38,588 nt of DNA from the IMG/VR virus record IMGVR_UViG_3300043765_000079, positions 1-38,588 of that record, one strand, 5' to 3'. How positions within the stretch are numbered: position 1 is the stretch's first letter; the number at the start of each line of letters is the position of its first letter. Source of the DNA: a virus. Lineage: Duplodnaviria > Caudoviricetes. The notes below the pieces were generated by a model that was not told the DNA's origin, made no database searches, and saw nothing but the letters and a program-made list of their open reading frames with translations. The translations under genes were made by a program, and so were the position numbers. This document shows, piece by piece, positions 16,938 to 24,452 of this stretch.

Positions 16938-18041
16938 TAGCTTGATCAGGTCACCCGCCTGCCGCTCGACTGCGACACGCTTGTCCTGATGCTCGATCGT
17001 GCGTGCGAAAGCCGTGGCAGCAACGCTCGCGTCCCACAGCGTCTCGACCGGTCTTCCTTCCTCCAACTCGTGCGTTGACCTCATGGTGGCGCCGGCCTGC
17101 TTTCCGAATCGCGTCGCCATGAATTTCTCCACGTCCTCTTCGATCTTGGCCGCTTGCGCTGCCTTGACCGCGTCGACGATGGTCGATGATGACCCCTGCG
17201 AATAGGTCACGAGGGCCGGCTGCATCTCCTGCAACCAGCGATCGGGTGCGCCGGCAGAGTGCCGAATCTCGATCTCTGCGTACTGCTCGCCGCCCCAAAT
17301 GGTGCGGTTCGAGCACGCAAAGTCGAACAGGAACGTCGCCAGCCCCAGCTTCTTGGAGCCGACTTGCGAGTTCCACACATAGAAGCCTCTCGCAAGTGAA
17401 CCGGCTTTCCCATTGCGTCGATTGGGGATCTCGATCCGGTTCTTCTCGTCGGCAAGAAACACAAACATATCGCGATCGGACGCGTACAGCGTCGTGTTGT
17501 TGCGCGTGATCGCAACGTCCTTGCCAAATTCACCGGGCACCTTGAAGTCCCCGGTGACACCATCGCCGAACCGCTCGATCAGAGCGGAGACGATTTGATG
17601 ATTCCACACACGCCCGTAGTCGGGGCCAGTGGTTGCTTGCAACTCGCCGATCTCCTGCCCGTCCCGCTGCATGGCAAGAACGCCGATCTCGTCTCGATCC
17701 CGCATGAACCGCAGGCCGAAGTTGACGCAATCGGCAACCATCTCGGAACCGCCTTTTCGCCCGAGTTCACGCATGTAGTCGGCAGGGGTCTTGCCCAGAC
17801 CGACAAGCTGGCCAAACGACCAGTGCGTAGGCTGAAACAACCGCTTTCCGCCGTCGACTGAGACGGTGATATCGTTGCGGCCGTTGGGTGCCACGGTCAC
17901 CGCGTTGACGTTCGCGCGCCATTCGTCAGAACGGTTGCGATCAGCGGTGAGCTTGGCCAGCATTTCCGGCAGTGAAACGAAGCGCTCGTCGGCAGGCCGC
18001 GAGGCCCACTGTTGGGTAGCAAGTTGACGGACTTCAGTCAT
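16929..18041 (-). CDS. DUF932-family protein
   Basis: QWASRPADERF, YGRVWN, LYASDRDMFVFL, RGFYVWNS.VG, C.NR.IWG, IRH motifs. Confidence 0.8.
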   Translation of the reverse strand: MTEVRQLATQQWASRPADERFVSLPEMLAKLTADRNRSDEWRANVNAVTVAPNGRNDITVSVDGGKRLFQPTHWSFGQLVGLGKTPADYMRELGRKGGSEMVADCVNFGLRFMRDRDEIGVLAMQRDGQEIGELQATTGPDYGRVWNHQIVSALIERFGDGVTGDFKVPGEFGKDVAITRNNTTLYASDRDMFVFLADEKNRIEIPNRRNGKAGSLARGFYVWNSQVGSKKLGLATFLFDFACSNRTIWGGEQYAEIEIRHSAGAPDRWLQEMQPALVTYSQGSSSTIVDAVKAAQAAKIEEDVEKFMATRFGKQAGATMRSTHELEEGRPVETLWDASVAATAFARTIEHQDKRVAVERQAGDLIKLAA

Positions 18042-18121
18042 AGCAATGCTCCATTGGTTACCGCCTTTATGGGGCGGGTTTGCCCGAAATGGGCTAATGC
18101 CTTTCGGCTGTAAATTGGTGA

Positions 18122-18159
18122 GAAAAAAGCCCCCGCGGAAAGGGGAGATCCGCGGGGGC
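18122..18159 (-). terminator. Intrinsic terminator
   Basis: gcccccgcgga / tccgcgggggc 11-bp stem then T6. Confidence 0.85.
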
Positions 18160-18204
18160 CCGGAGGGCTCGCCTACGCGTGACCAGCGGGCGAGCTAGCC
18201 TGCT

Positions 18205-18510
18205 TTAGTGCGGCCACAGGTGGGCGATGTAGTGGTAACCAACGGCGATGATGCCGACGACGCAGCCCCAAATCAGGAGCTTGCGCACGCTGTTGATCAG
18301 TCCGAATTGCAAGAGCTTTGGCACCGTGTGATCGGTCGCCATCACTTTCGACAACTCCATAGGATCAACCTTCGCCAGCCGACCCGCATCGGCCCGCTTG
18401 GCCAGTGTGGGTGCCGGCGTTCCCCGCACCTCGCGATCCCGCAAGAGAAACGACGGGATATCAAGGGCGGAGAAATCAACGTCGCCGTTGACGCGCTGGT
18501 GGTGTGTCAT
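18205..18510 (-). CDS. C-terminally membrane-anchored early protein with an FtsZ-tail-like motif
   Basis: Conserved SD; LDIPSFLLR; TM segment LLIWGCVVGIIAVGY. Confidence 0.75.
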   Translation of the reverse strand: MTHHQRVNGDVDFSALDIPSFLLRDREVRGTPAPTLAKRADAGRLAKVDPMELSKVMATDHTVPKLLQFGLINSVRKLLIWGCVVGIIAVGYHYIAHLWPH

Positions 18511-18621
18511 AGGTCCTCCGTTGCTTGCCAAAATTGGCTAATAGGGCGGGTGCCGCCGTAGCCCCGCGCTCGCGCGCTTTGCCGGCTTGGCACCTCTTAT
18601 CCGGGCTAAGGCCCCAATCAC

Positions 18622-18939
18622 TTAATTCAGGACCGAATGCGTTCGCAGATACTCGTTCGAGAACGCTCTCGCGAGCGCTTGCGCGGCCTCGACAAAATCC
18701 GGGTCTTGAGACTTGAGCTTGGCCCGCAATTTGTCGATCTTTTCCGACCAGCCGGCCGCTTCGAGTTGCGGCCAGAGTTCGGCAGGTATCGGCTCGACGA
18801 ACGAAAGCTCGCCGTCCACTGCCTGAATAATCATGCAGGCCGTGACCATGGCCGCAGTCTCGTCGCGCTCGCCGTAGATGTGATACGAGTGCGCGAGATT
18901 GAACCAATCCGCGAACGCAATCCGCTTTGGTGTGGTCAT
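18622..18939 (-). CDS. Hypothetical early protein
   Basis: CAACGGAGGAC SD; high GC3. Confidence 0.75.
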   Translation of the reverse strand: MTTPKRIAFADWFNLAHSYHIYGERDETAAMVTACMIIQAVDGELSFVEPIPAELWPQLEAAGWSEKIDKLRAKLKSQDPDFVEAAQALARAFSNEYLRTHSVLN

Positions 18940-19006
18940 GCTTGGTCCTCCGTTGCAATAACCTAACGCCTTTGGGCGCATTCGCGCGCCCTCCGGCAAT
19001 CCGCAG

Positions 19007-19183
19007 TTACACGCAAGCGGTCAGGTTCAGCTTGACCCCCTCGGTGGCAGCAAACCCGTGGGTGGATGCCACGATCCGGGTCTTACCGGTCTTCGAAGAA
19101 GGCGCCTTGTCAAGGGTCGCCTTCGACACGTCAATCGTGAGGATCAGCTTGTCGCCCTTACGCTCGGTCGTGATGTTCTGCAT
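19007..19183 (-). CDS. 58-aa beta-rich protein
   Basis: CAACGGAGGAC SD; GDKLILTID...PSSKTGKT..VAST.G pattern. Confidence 0.8.
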   Translation of the reverse strand: MQNITTERKGDKLILTIDVSKATLDKAPSSKTGKTRIVASTHGFAATEGVKLNLTACV

Positions 19184-19313
19184 GGTAGTCCTCCGTTGAA
19201 AATTCGGAGAATAATAGCAAAAGGGTGTTGATGGGCCACTCGTGCCTGATATCAGCACCTCGCCTTGGGTTTATTCCCCGATCAGTTGCCGCCTTCGATG
19301 GCGAACGATGAGC

Positions 19314-19342
19314 AGATTAATAGCAATTTGCGGCGTTGTCAA
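19314..19342 (-). promoter_or_regulatory. Sigma70 early promoter
   Basis: TTGACA-N17-TAATCT. Confidence 0.75.
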
Positions 19343-19379
19343 GGCCGATTTGCGCCTTTGTTCCGCCACAATCCACGAT

Positions 19380-19730
19380 TTGAGCCCTGACTAGCCTATT
19401 TTTATGCCTGACTATCCAAGTGGTTCCTCAATGATATCAATGACTAGCCTACTATCCTGCCTTTCAGATGGTAGAGACATATGGAGAGAGATATAGAGCT
19501 ATTATTTTGCTATTTGTTCTCGGTGGTGCGGCGAACCTCTGTGAACGTGCAAAAAATGCCATAACCTCTTACGCTGTAAGCCTGGATAGATGGATAGTAT
19601 AGTATATGAGTCTGGAGACTCATATATATATACCCCTGATTTGATTAAGGATTTCCCGCCCGTCCACCCCTGCCGACCTGATACCGCAGTGCACAATGCC
19701 GCAGGACGTCTGAGCAAATTCGTGGATAGC
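19380..19730. other. Candidate replication origin (AT-rich, iterons, palindrome)
   Basis: Non-coding AT-rich island with GACTAGCC/ACTATCC repeats, inverted GGATAG repeats and an 11-bp perfect inverted repeat at 19603-19626. Confidence 0.55.
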
Positions 19731-19791
19731 TTTCAAATGGTGAAAGTTGCGCGGCCGGCCGGAGCCGCGCCCCAGGCGCGAGCTAGGCAAC

Positions 19792-19818
19792 AAAAAAGGC
19801 GCCTCGCGGCGCCTCTTC
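19792..19818 (-). terminator. Intrinsic terminator
   Basis: aggcgcc-gcga-ggcgcct plus T-run just after the stop at 19824. Confidence 0.8.
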
Positions 19819-19823
19819 TGCGT

Positions 19824-20081
19824 TCAGCCGTCAATGTGACGGCATTCAGTGAGCTTTACCAATACGTTGACCGGGAAGTAGCCAGTCCAGTACTCGGAAA
19901 AGAAGGCGTAGCCTTTGTGATGCACCTCGTGCAGGCCATGCGGCCCCTGGCGCACCCACCTACCCTCGTCTCCGTCCACCACGAGGCGCTCGGCGTAGCC
20001 GTCCACCTCGTCGTGTATCTGGCGCAGGATCACGGTTGCGCCGAACTCCCAGCACTGCTGACGGGTCACTGTGTAGGTCAT
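19824..20081 (-). CDS. Hypothetical early protein (monocistronic)
   Basis: Has its own promoter, CAACGGAGGAC SD and terminator. Confidence 0.8.
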   Translation of the reverse strand: MTYTVTRQQCWEFGATVILRQIHDEVDGYAERLVVDGDEGRWVRQGPHGLHEVHHKGYAFFSEYWTGYFPVNVLVKLTECRHIDG

Positions 20082-20106
20082 GGTTGGTCCTCCGTTGAAC
20101 GCCACC

Positions 20107-20135
20107 AATCTAGCACGGCAAAATTGCAGTGTCAA
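20107..20135 (-). promoter_or_regulatory. Sigma70 early promoter
   Basis: TTGACA-N17-TAGATT with a TGn extension. Confidence 0.85.
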
Positions 20136-20387
20136 GAGCTTCGCTCTTGGGTTGCGCCGTACGGTCGCGCGCCGATCAGGCGTCGCGAAACGCCTCGCGC
20201 GCGATTAATCGCGCGATCATACGCGTGATCGACGCGGCGGGAGCTCGGAAGGTCGTCGGCGATTGTTCAGCCCGTAGGGCTGCGAACTCAGGAGCGGAGC
20301 TTCGGCCGGTCGTACGCGCGGAGTGCAGTCACCCCCTTCCTCCCCCGCTCGCCATTTTTCAAATTGAAAAACTAGTAAAAAAATAGT

Positions 20388-20672
20388 TCAATTCATCTTG
20401 TCCAAATCGCTTTGCTTCAGGTGCTCGGGGTTGTTCACTTCCTGCTCCGTTTGTTGCAGCACGACCGACGCAACATCCACGAAGTGGCGCATGATCTCGC
20501 GCCCCATGCATATGCACGCCTTGGGGAAGATGTCTTTCCGATCTTTGAAGCTTTCATAGAAGGTTATCTTGCATACCGATCCTATAGTTTGGATATAGAA
20601 AGAATTACAAGGGTCAGCTTTCAACGATACTAGTAATGCAAGGATTTCATCATTTGGATTGGCCGGGTTCAT
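20388..20672 (-). CDS. Low-GC hypothetical protein (DUF3467-like pattern)
   Basis: GGAGG SD; N.F....V.ITF.E...I.M....F...L beta-beta-beta-alpha pattern. Confidence 0.65.
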   Translation of the reverse strand: MNPANPNDEILALLVSLKADPCNSFYIQTIGSVCKITFYESFKDRKDIFPKACICMGREIMRHFVDVASVVLQQTEQEVNNPEHLKQSDLDKMN

Positions 20673-20685
20673 CTCGATCCTCCAA

Positions 20686-20722
20686 GAAAAAGGCGGCCGG
20701 CGCAGGGAGCACCGACCGCCTC
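20686..20722 (-). terminator. Intrinsic terminator / attenuator upstream of the 20672 gene
   Basis: 13-bp stem aggcggtcggtgc / gcgccggccgcct followed by a T-run. Confidence 0.7.
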
Positions 20723-20830
20723 GTGTGCGCAACGTTTCAACGGAGACCGTCAGTGAGTTTGCGCCCAACCCCGAACGGGGTTGTCGGGGGACAGGGAGGG
20801 GGCCCGGAGTTGGGCGCACGTCACTCACCA
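20686..20830 (-). ncRNA. Candidate ~145-nt small RNA or attenuator leader
   Basis: Long stem tgcgcccaactcc / ggggttgggcgca closed by gtgagt / actcac, C-rich loop, own terminator. Confidence 0.45.
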
Positions 20831-20838
20831 ACAAAAAC

Positions 20839-20871
20839 ACGCTAGCACGTCTCTCTTTTTTGTGCTAGCAC
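20839..20871. promoter_or_regulatory. Paired GCTAGCAC sites at the divergence point
   Basis: gctagcac...gtgctagcac inverted repeat; the second copy is a 10-bp palindrome. Confidence 0.5.
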
Positions 20872-20897
20872 TTTCTTCATAATCGGGGACTTAAATC

Positions 20898-21146
20898 ATG
20901 ACCTCACCAAACATCACCACCACGATCACCGAACGTGTCGAAGAGCTCTCAGGCCAAACCATTCCGCTCTCCTCGTCCTGGCTAACCTCATGCCAGTACG
21001 ACAAGGACACGCAGGCGCTCGACGTCACCATGCAGAACGGCAACACCTACAATCTCACCGGCGTGCCGCCCGATACCTTTCTTGCGTTCATCGACGCACC
21101 GAGCCCCGGCACGTTTTGGAACAACGAGTTGAAGGGAAAGTACTAG
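20898..21146 (+). CDS. KTSC domain protein
   Basis: SS.L....YD.....L.V...NG..Y....VP...F..F..A.S.G.F.N..LKGKY. Confidence 0.85.
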   Translation: MTSPNITTTITERVEELSGQTIPLSSSWLTSCQYDKDTQALDVTMQNGNTYNLTGVPPDTFLAFIDAPSPGTFWNNELKGKY

Positions 21147-21147
21147 C

Positions 21148-21387
21148 GTGCGCGCCATCGGTATTCGCTACAAGTGCGGATGCATGCAGGACGAGGTAAC
21201 CCTGCACATGCCGGCGCGGTCGATGCAGGAAGACGTCATCGACTTTGTCGAGCGCATGCAGCGCGACATTGGCGTCGATCATCGTAAGCGCTCCCCGCTG
21301 TGCATGGCGACGAAATTGGAGTACGCCAAGATCCCGCTCGACAAGGACGTCGATCGTGTTGGCGATGTTAGTGGCGGAACAGCGTAG
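21148..21387 (+). CDS. Hypothetical protein (Cys/His, possible metal site)
   Basis: Abuts KTSC stop; high GC3; CGC...H....P.C. Confidence 0.7.
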   Translation: MRAIGIRYKCGCMQDEVTLHMPARSMQEDVIDFVERMQRDIGVDHRKRSPLCMATKLEYAKIPLDKDVDRVGDVSGGTA

Positions 21388-21397
21388 GTGGACTTCT

Positions 21398-21850
21398 ATG
21401 CTCGTCTTTCGATTTTTGCGATCACTGTGGGAGCCCTTTGCGGGCTCCTCGCCTGCGTCATCGACCGCTTCGACGAGCACGGATCTCACCCGTCGTGGCT
21501 TTCTCGGTGGGCTAAGCGCACTCGTCGCCGCTCCGCTCTTCGTCGATCCCCTCCGCCCGTCGACCCAAACTGAAGACTTAATCCTCGTTTTCAAGGCGAG
21601 GCCGTCGACGTTTGCCGACCTCGTGCGGGCCGGTGGCGGCATGCGAACGTTCGACGGCTACATTGGCGTGTATCGTGGCATCGTGCTCTATTTGGCGCCT
21701 GCGCGCGAGCGCATCGACTTCCACCCGCGGGAGAACTACCACCAGCATGCTCGACGCCAAAACCTTGTCATCTCTGGACGAACGGGAGAGGTTAGCGCTC
21801 ACCCTTCGACTGCCGGCGAACCGGGTGCAGGCGCACCAGATATTTTTTAA
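21398..21850 (+). CDS. Protein with a twin-arginine (Tat-like) motif
   Basis: AGGTGG SD; LTRRGFLGGLSALVAAP. Confidence 0.6.
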   Translation: MLVFRFLRSLWEPFAGSSPASSTASTSTDLTRRGFLGGLSALVAAPLFVDPLRPSTQTEDLILVFKARPSTFADLVRAGGGMRTFDGYIGVYRGIVLYLAPARERIDFHPRENYHQHARRQNLVISGRTGEVSAHPSTAGEPGAGAPDIF

Positions 21851-23789
21851 GCACCGGCACACCGATCAGACGCCGGCCTTTCACGAGCAGATCATTCGCG
21901 AATGGTACGGCTCCTCGCCGCGCGTGCTGTTCATGGCGTTTCGCGAAGGCGGCAAGTCGACGATATCCGAGGAGGCCGTGATCCTCGGTGCCTTCTGGAA
22001 GCTGTTTCACAACTGTCTGATCATTGGAGAGAGCGAGCCTATGGCGTTCGACCGCCTGCGCTCGATTAAGCACGAGATCGAGACCAACGAGGATCTCATC
22101 GGGCTCTATGGCGAGATCAAGGGGCCGGTGTGGAACGAAGGGCGGGTCGAGCTATCGAACGGCATCTGCATCCAGGCGCGTGGTCGTGGACAGGCTTTGC
22201 GCGGCACAAAGTTCTTGCAATGGCGCCCAGACTGGTGCCTTGCCGACGACCTCGAAGACGAGGAGCATGTTCGCGATGCCGATGCGCGGCAGGAGACCAA
22301 ATCATGGTTCTTCGGCAAGCTCATTCCCGCGCTCGACAAGAGCCATCGCATCCGCATGACGGCAACGCCCTTGGATGCCGAAGCGCTGCCGATGACGATC
22401 CTGAAGATGTCCACGTGGTCCTCTCGTGTGTATCCGATCGAGCACATCGACCTCGAAGGAAACCGTCAGGCGACATGGCCCTCTCGCTATCCCCTGCAAT
22501 GGATCGACGAAAAGAAAGACGAGATGTACGCCTTGGGTCTCGGCCACGACTACCAGCGGGAATACATGTGCCAGCCTGAAGATCCCTCGAAGAAAATCTT
22601 CACCGCCGACATCATCCGCGTGGTGCCGCGCACGCACCTTTGGCAGCCGATCTATCTGTTCTATGACCCCGCGCGCACGAAGACGGCCACCAGCGCATCG
22701 ACCGGGTGGGCAGCGTGGTCGTACCTGCATCGCAAGATCATCGTCTGGGATGCCGGTGCCGGCCTGTGGATGCCCGACGAGATGCGCGACCACATCTTCG
22801 CGATGGACGACCTTTACCAACCGGTGACGATCGGCATCGAGCAGACCGGCCTCAACGAGTACCTGTTGCAGCCCTTGCGCGCCGAGCAATTGCGACGCAG
22901 TATTATTTTGCCGATCGAGGCTGTTGATGCTCCCCGAAACAAGCTCGCCTTTATCGAAGGTCTTCAGCCCTATTTCACGGGAGGAGACATTGAGTTTGCG
23001 AAGGACTTGCCCGAATTGCGGGCGCAGCTTCTATCTTACCCGACGGGCCGCATCGACGTCCCCAACGCGCTGGCTTACGCGTTGCGCATGCGCCCTGGCG
23101 AGGTGGTCTTCCCAGGATTCGGGCACGACAACGTCTTCGAAAGCCTCTTCCCAAGACGGCGCGACAAGTTCATTCTTGCACTCAACTCCACTGGCTCTTA
23201 CACCACTGGTGTCCTCGCACAGGTTCTAAATGGTGGACTTTCGATATTTGCGGATTATGTGCGCGACAGCGCTCCGGGCCTTGTGCTCGAAGACATTCTG
23301 GGAAGCGCTCGCGTCGACATTGCTGCAATGGCCGCATCATCACCGGGTCTTGCTTGCTTTGCTCCTCCTCGTCATTTCGGTGACTACGACCCTATTGGTC
23401 TTCGAGGCGCTGCCGCGAAGGTTCAACTTGACGTGTCACTCGGATCGGAGCCCCAAGTGGGGCGAGACGAGATACGGTCACTGCTTTCGCGAAGGGACGC
23501 CCGTGGGGAGCCACTCGTTCGGGTTCTCGTCGGGGCACGGTGGACGTTGAATGCGCTGTCGAGCGGCTACTGTTACCCTGTTGACAAGCGAGGTCGACTG
23601 TCACCAGACCCAAAATCCAATGCATATTCTTGCTTGGCCGAGGGCCTTGAATCGATTGCTGGCCTCTTGCAGGGCAACCGACTCGACTTTGCGAACGTAC
23701 GCAATGTTGCCTTTACCGAAAGTGGTCAACCGTATCTCTCGGCGCTTCCAAACCAGCGACCCCTGGCTGAACAGAAGATCCTGAAGTGA
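21747..23789 (+). CDS. terL: Terminase large subunit with C-terminal extension
   Basis: Walker A AFREGGKST, Walker B CLADDLED, coupling motif TATP, nuclease YDPA...IEQ...DVPNALAY. Confidence 0.92.
   Translation: MLDAKTLSSLDERERLALTLRLPANRVQAHQIFFKHRHTDQTPAFHEQIIREWYGSSPRVLFMAFREGGKSTISEEAVILGAFWKLFHNCLIIGESEPMAFDRLRSIKHEIETNEDLIGLYGEIKGPVWNEGRVELSNGICIQARGRGQALRGTKFLQWRPDWCLADDLEDEEHVRDADARQETKSWFFGKLIPALDKSHRIRMTATPLDAEALPMTILKMSTWSSRVYPIEHIDLEGNRQATWPSRYPLQWIDEKKDEMYALGLGHDYQREYMCQPEDPSKKIFTADIIRVVPRTHLWQPIYLFYDPARTKTATSASTGWAAWSYLHRKIIVWDAGAGLWMPDEMRDHIFAMDDLYQPVTIGIEQTGLNEYLLQPLRAEQLRRSIILPIEAVDAPRNKLAFIEGLQPYFTGGDIEFAKDLPELRAQLLSYPTGRIDVPNALAYALRMRPGEVVFPGFGHDNVFESLFPRRRDKFILALNSTGSYTTGVLAQVLNGGLSIFADYVRDSAPGLVLEDILGSARVDIAAMAASSPGLACFAPPRHFGDYDPIGLRGAAAKVQLDVSLGSEPQVGRDEIRSLLSRRDARGEPLVRVLVGARWTLNALSSGYCYPVDKRGRLSPDPKSNAYSCLAEGLESIAGLLQGNRLDFANVRNVAFTESGQPYLSALPNQRPLAEQKILK
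23230..23550 (+). CDS. Putative overprinted single-TM protein within terL
   Basis: +1 frame; VLLALLLLVISVTTTLLVF; TAAATG and TGAATG junctions with flanking same-frame ORFs. Confidence 0.45.
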   Translation: MVDFRYLRIMCATALRALCSKTFWEALASTLLQWPHHHRVLLALLLLVISVTTTLLVFEALPRRFNLTCHSDRSPKWGETRYGHCFREGTPVGSHSFGFSSGHGGR

Positions 23790-24100
23790 AGAAAAAGAAG
23801 TACGCTCTCACGCAGATCCCCGGCGCGCCGGATCGCACCGATCTCGTTGAAGGGATGGCGCACTTCGAGGGCACCGGGCCGCTCGGGGCGAAGTGCGAGA
23901 TGTGCGATCACCACACCCTGCCCGTTGGTCGCGGTCTTGCCTGCCGGCAATACTGGCGTCTCACGCACACCTTCCCCAAGCAGGCGCTTTCGGGTAAACG
24001 TTCGGCGTGCCGTTACTTCGTGGAGAAGGCGAGGAGCCCAAATGCAGTATCAAGGCGCCCAGCCCGTGGAATCACCCGTTGCCGCCCAAGCAGCGGGTAG
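23786..24100 (+). CDS. Cys-rich (Zn-binding) protein
   Basis: GTGA overlap with the terL stop; GMAHF.GTGP.G.KCxxC...C..Y...ACRYF. Confidence 0.75.
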   Translation: MKKKKYALTQIPGAPDRTDLVEGMAHFEGTGPLGAKCEMCDHHTLPVGRGLACRQYWRLTHTFPKQALSGKRSACRYFVEKARSPNAVSRRPARGITRCRPSSG

Positions 24101-24452
24101 CGCAACGCCCTCGATCACCGCACTGACCATCGCAGCCTGGATCAAGCTCTTCAGCTTTGCGGTGACCTACGTCACGCAGGCGGCGACGACGCCGGTCGTT
24201 ACCATCACCTTCCAAGATGGCGCGACCCCGCCCAACATCCTTTGGCGCAAGACAGCGGCGGCGCTCACAGCGGCGGCCACCAACGTGATCTCGATGGGTG
24301 GCGGATTGCCGGATAACACCGCGACCCCGACCGCGCAGCAGTTGGGCTTCCCCACCGACATGGTCCTTCCACCGGGTAGCAAGATCGTGGTTTCGGCGAC
24401 CGCCGCCAACGCAGCAGACACCATTGCGACCGTCGCCGAATACACCCTTTAG
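24042..24452 (+). CDS. Ala/Thr-rich beta protein, probably virion-associated
   Basis: GAGGAG SD; composition typical of virion accessory proteins; between terL and portal. Confidence 0.7.
   Translation: MQYQGAQPVESPVAAQAAGSATPSITALTIAAWIKLFSFAVTYVTQAATTPVVTITFQDGATPPNILWRKTAAALTAAATNVISMGGGLPDNTATPTAQQLGFPTDMVLPPGSKIVVSATAANAADTIATVAEYTL

Noticed and set aside
18060-18110. gccgaaaggc / gggcaaac as a c-di-GMP-I riboswitch
   Set aside because: Element order and the P2/P3 consensus do not match
16335-20097. Leader repeats as a CRISPR array or integron attC cassettes
   Set aside because: Repeats are short, SD-centred and irregularly spaced; no cas or integrase gene and no attC core sites seen
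19590-20228. 212-aa plus-strand ORF
   Set aside because: Crosses the AT-rich island and lies antisense to a gene with its own promoter, SD and terminator
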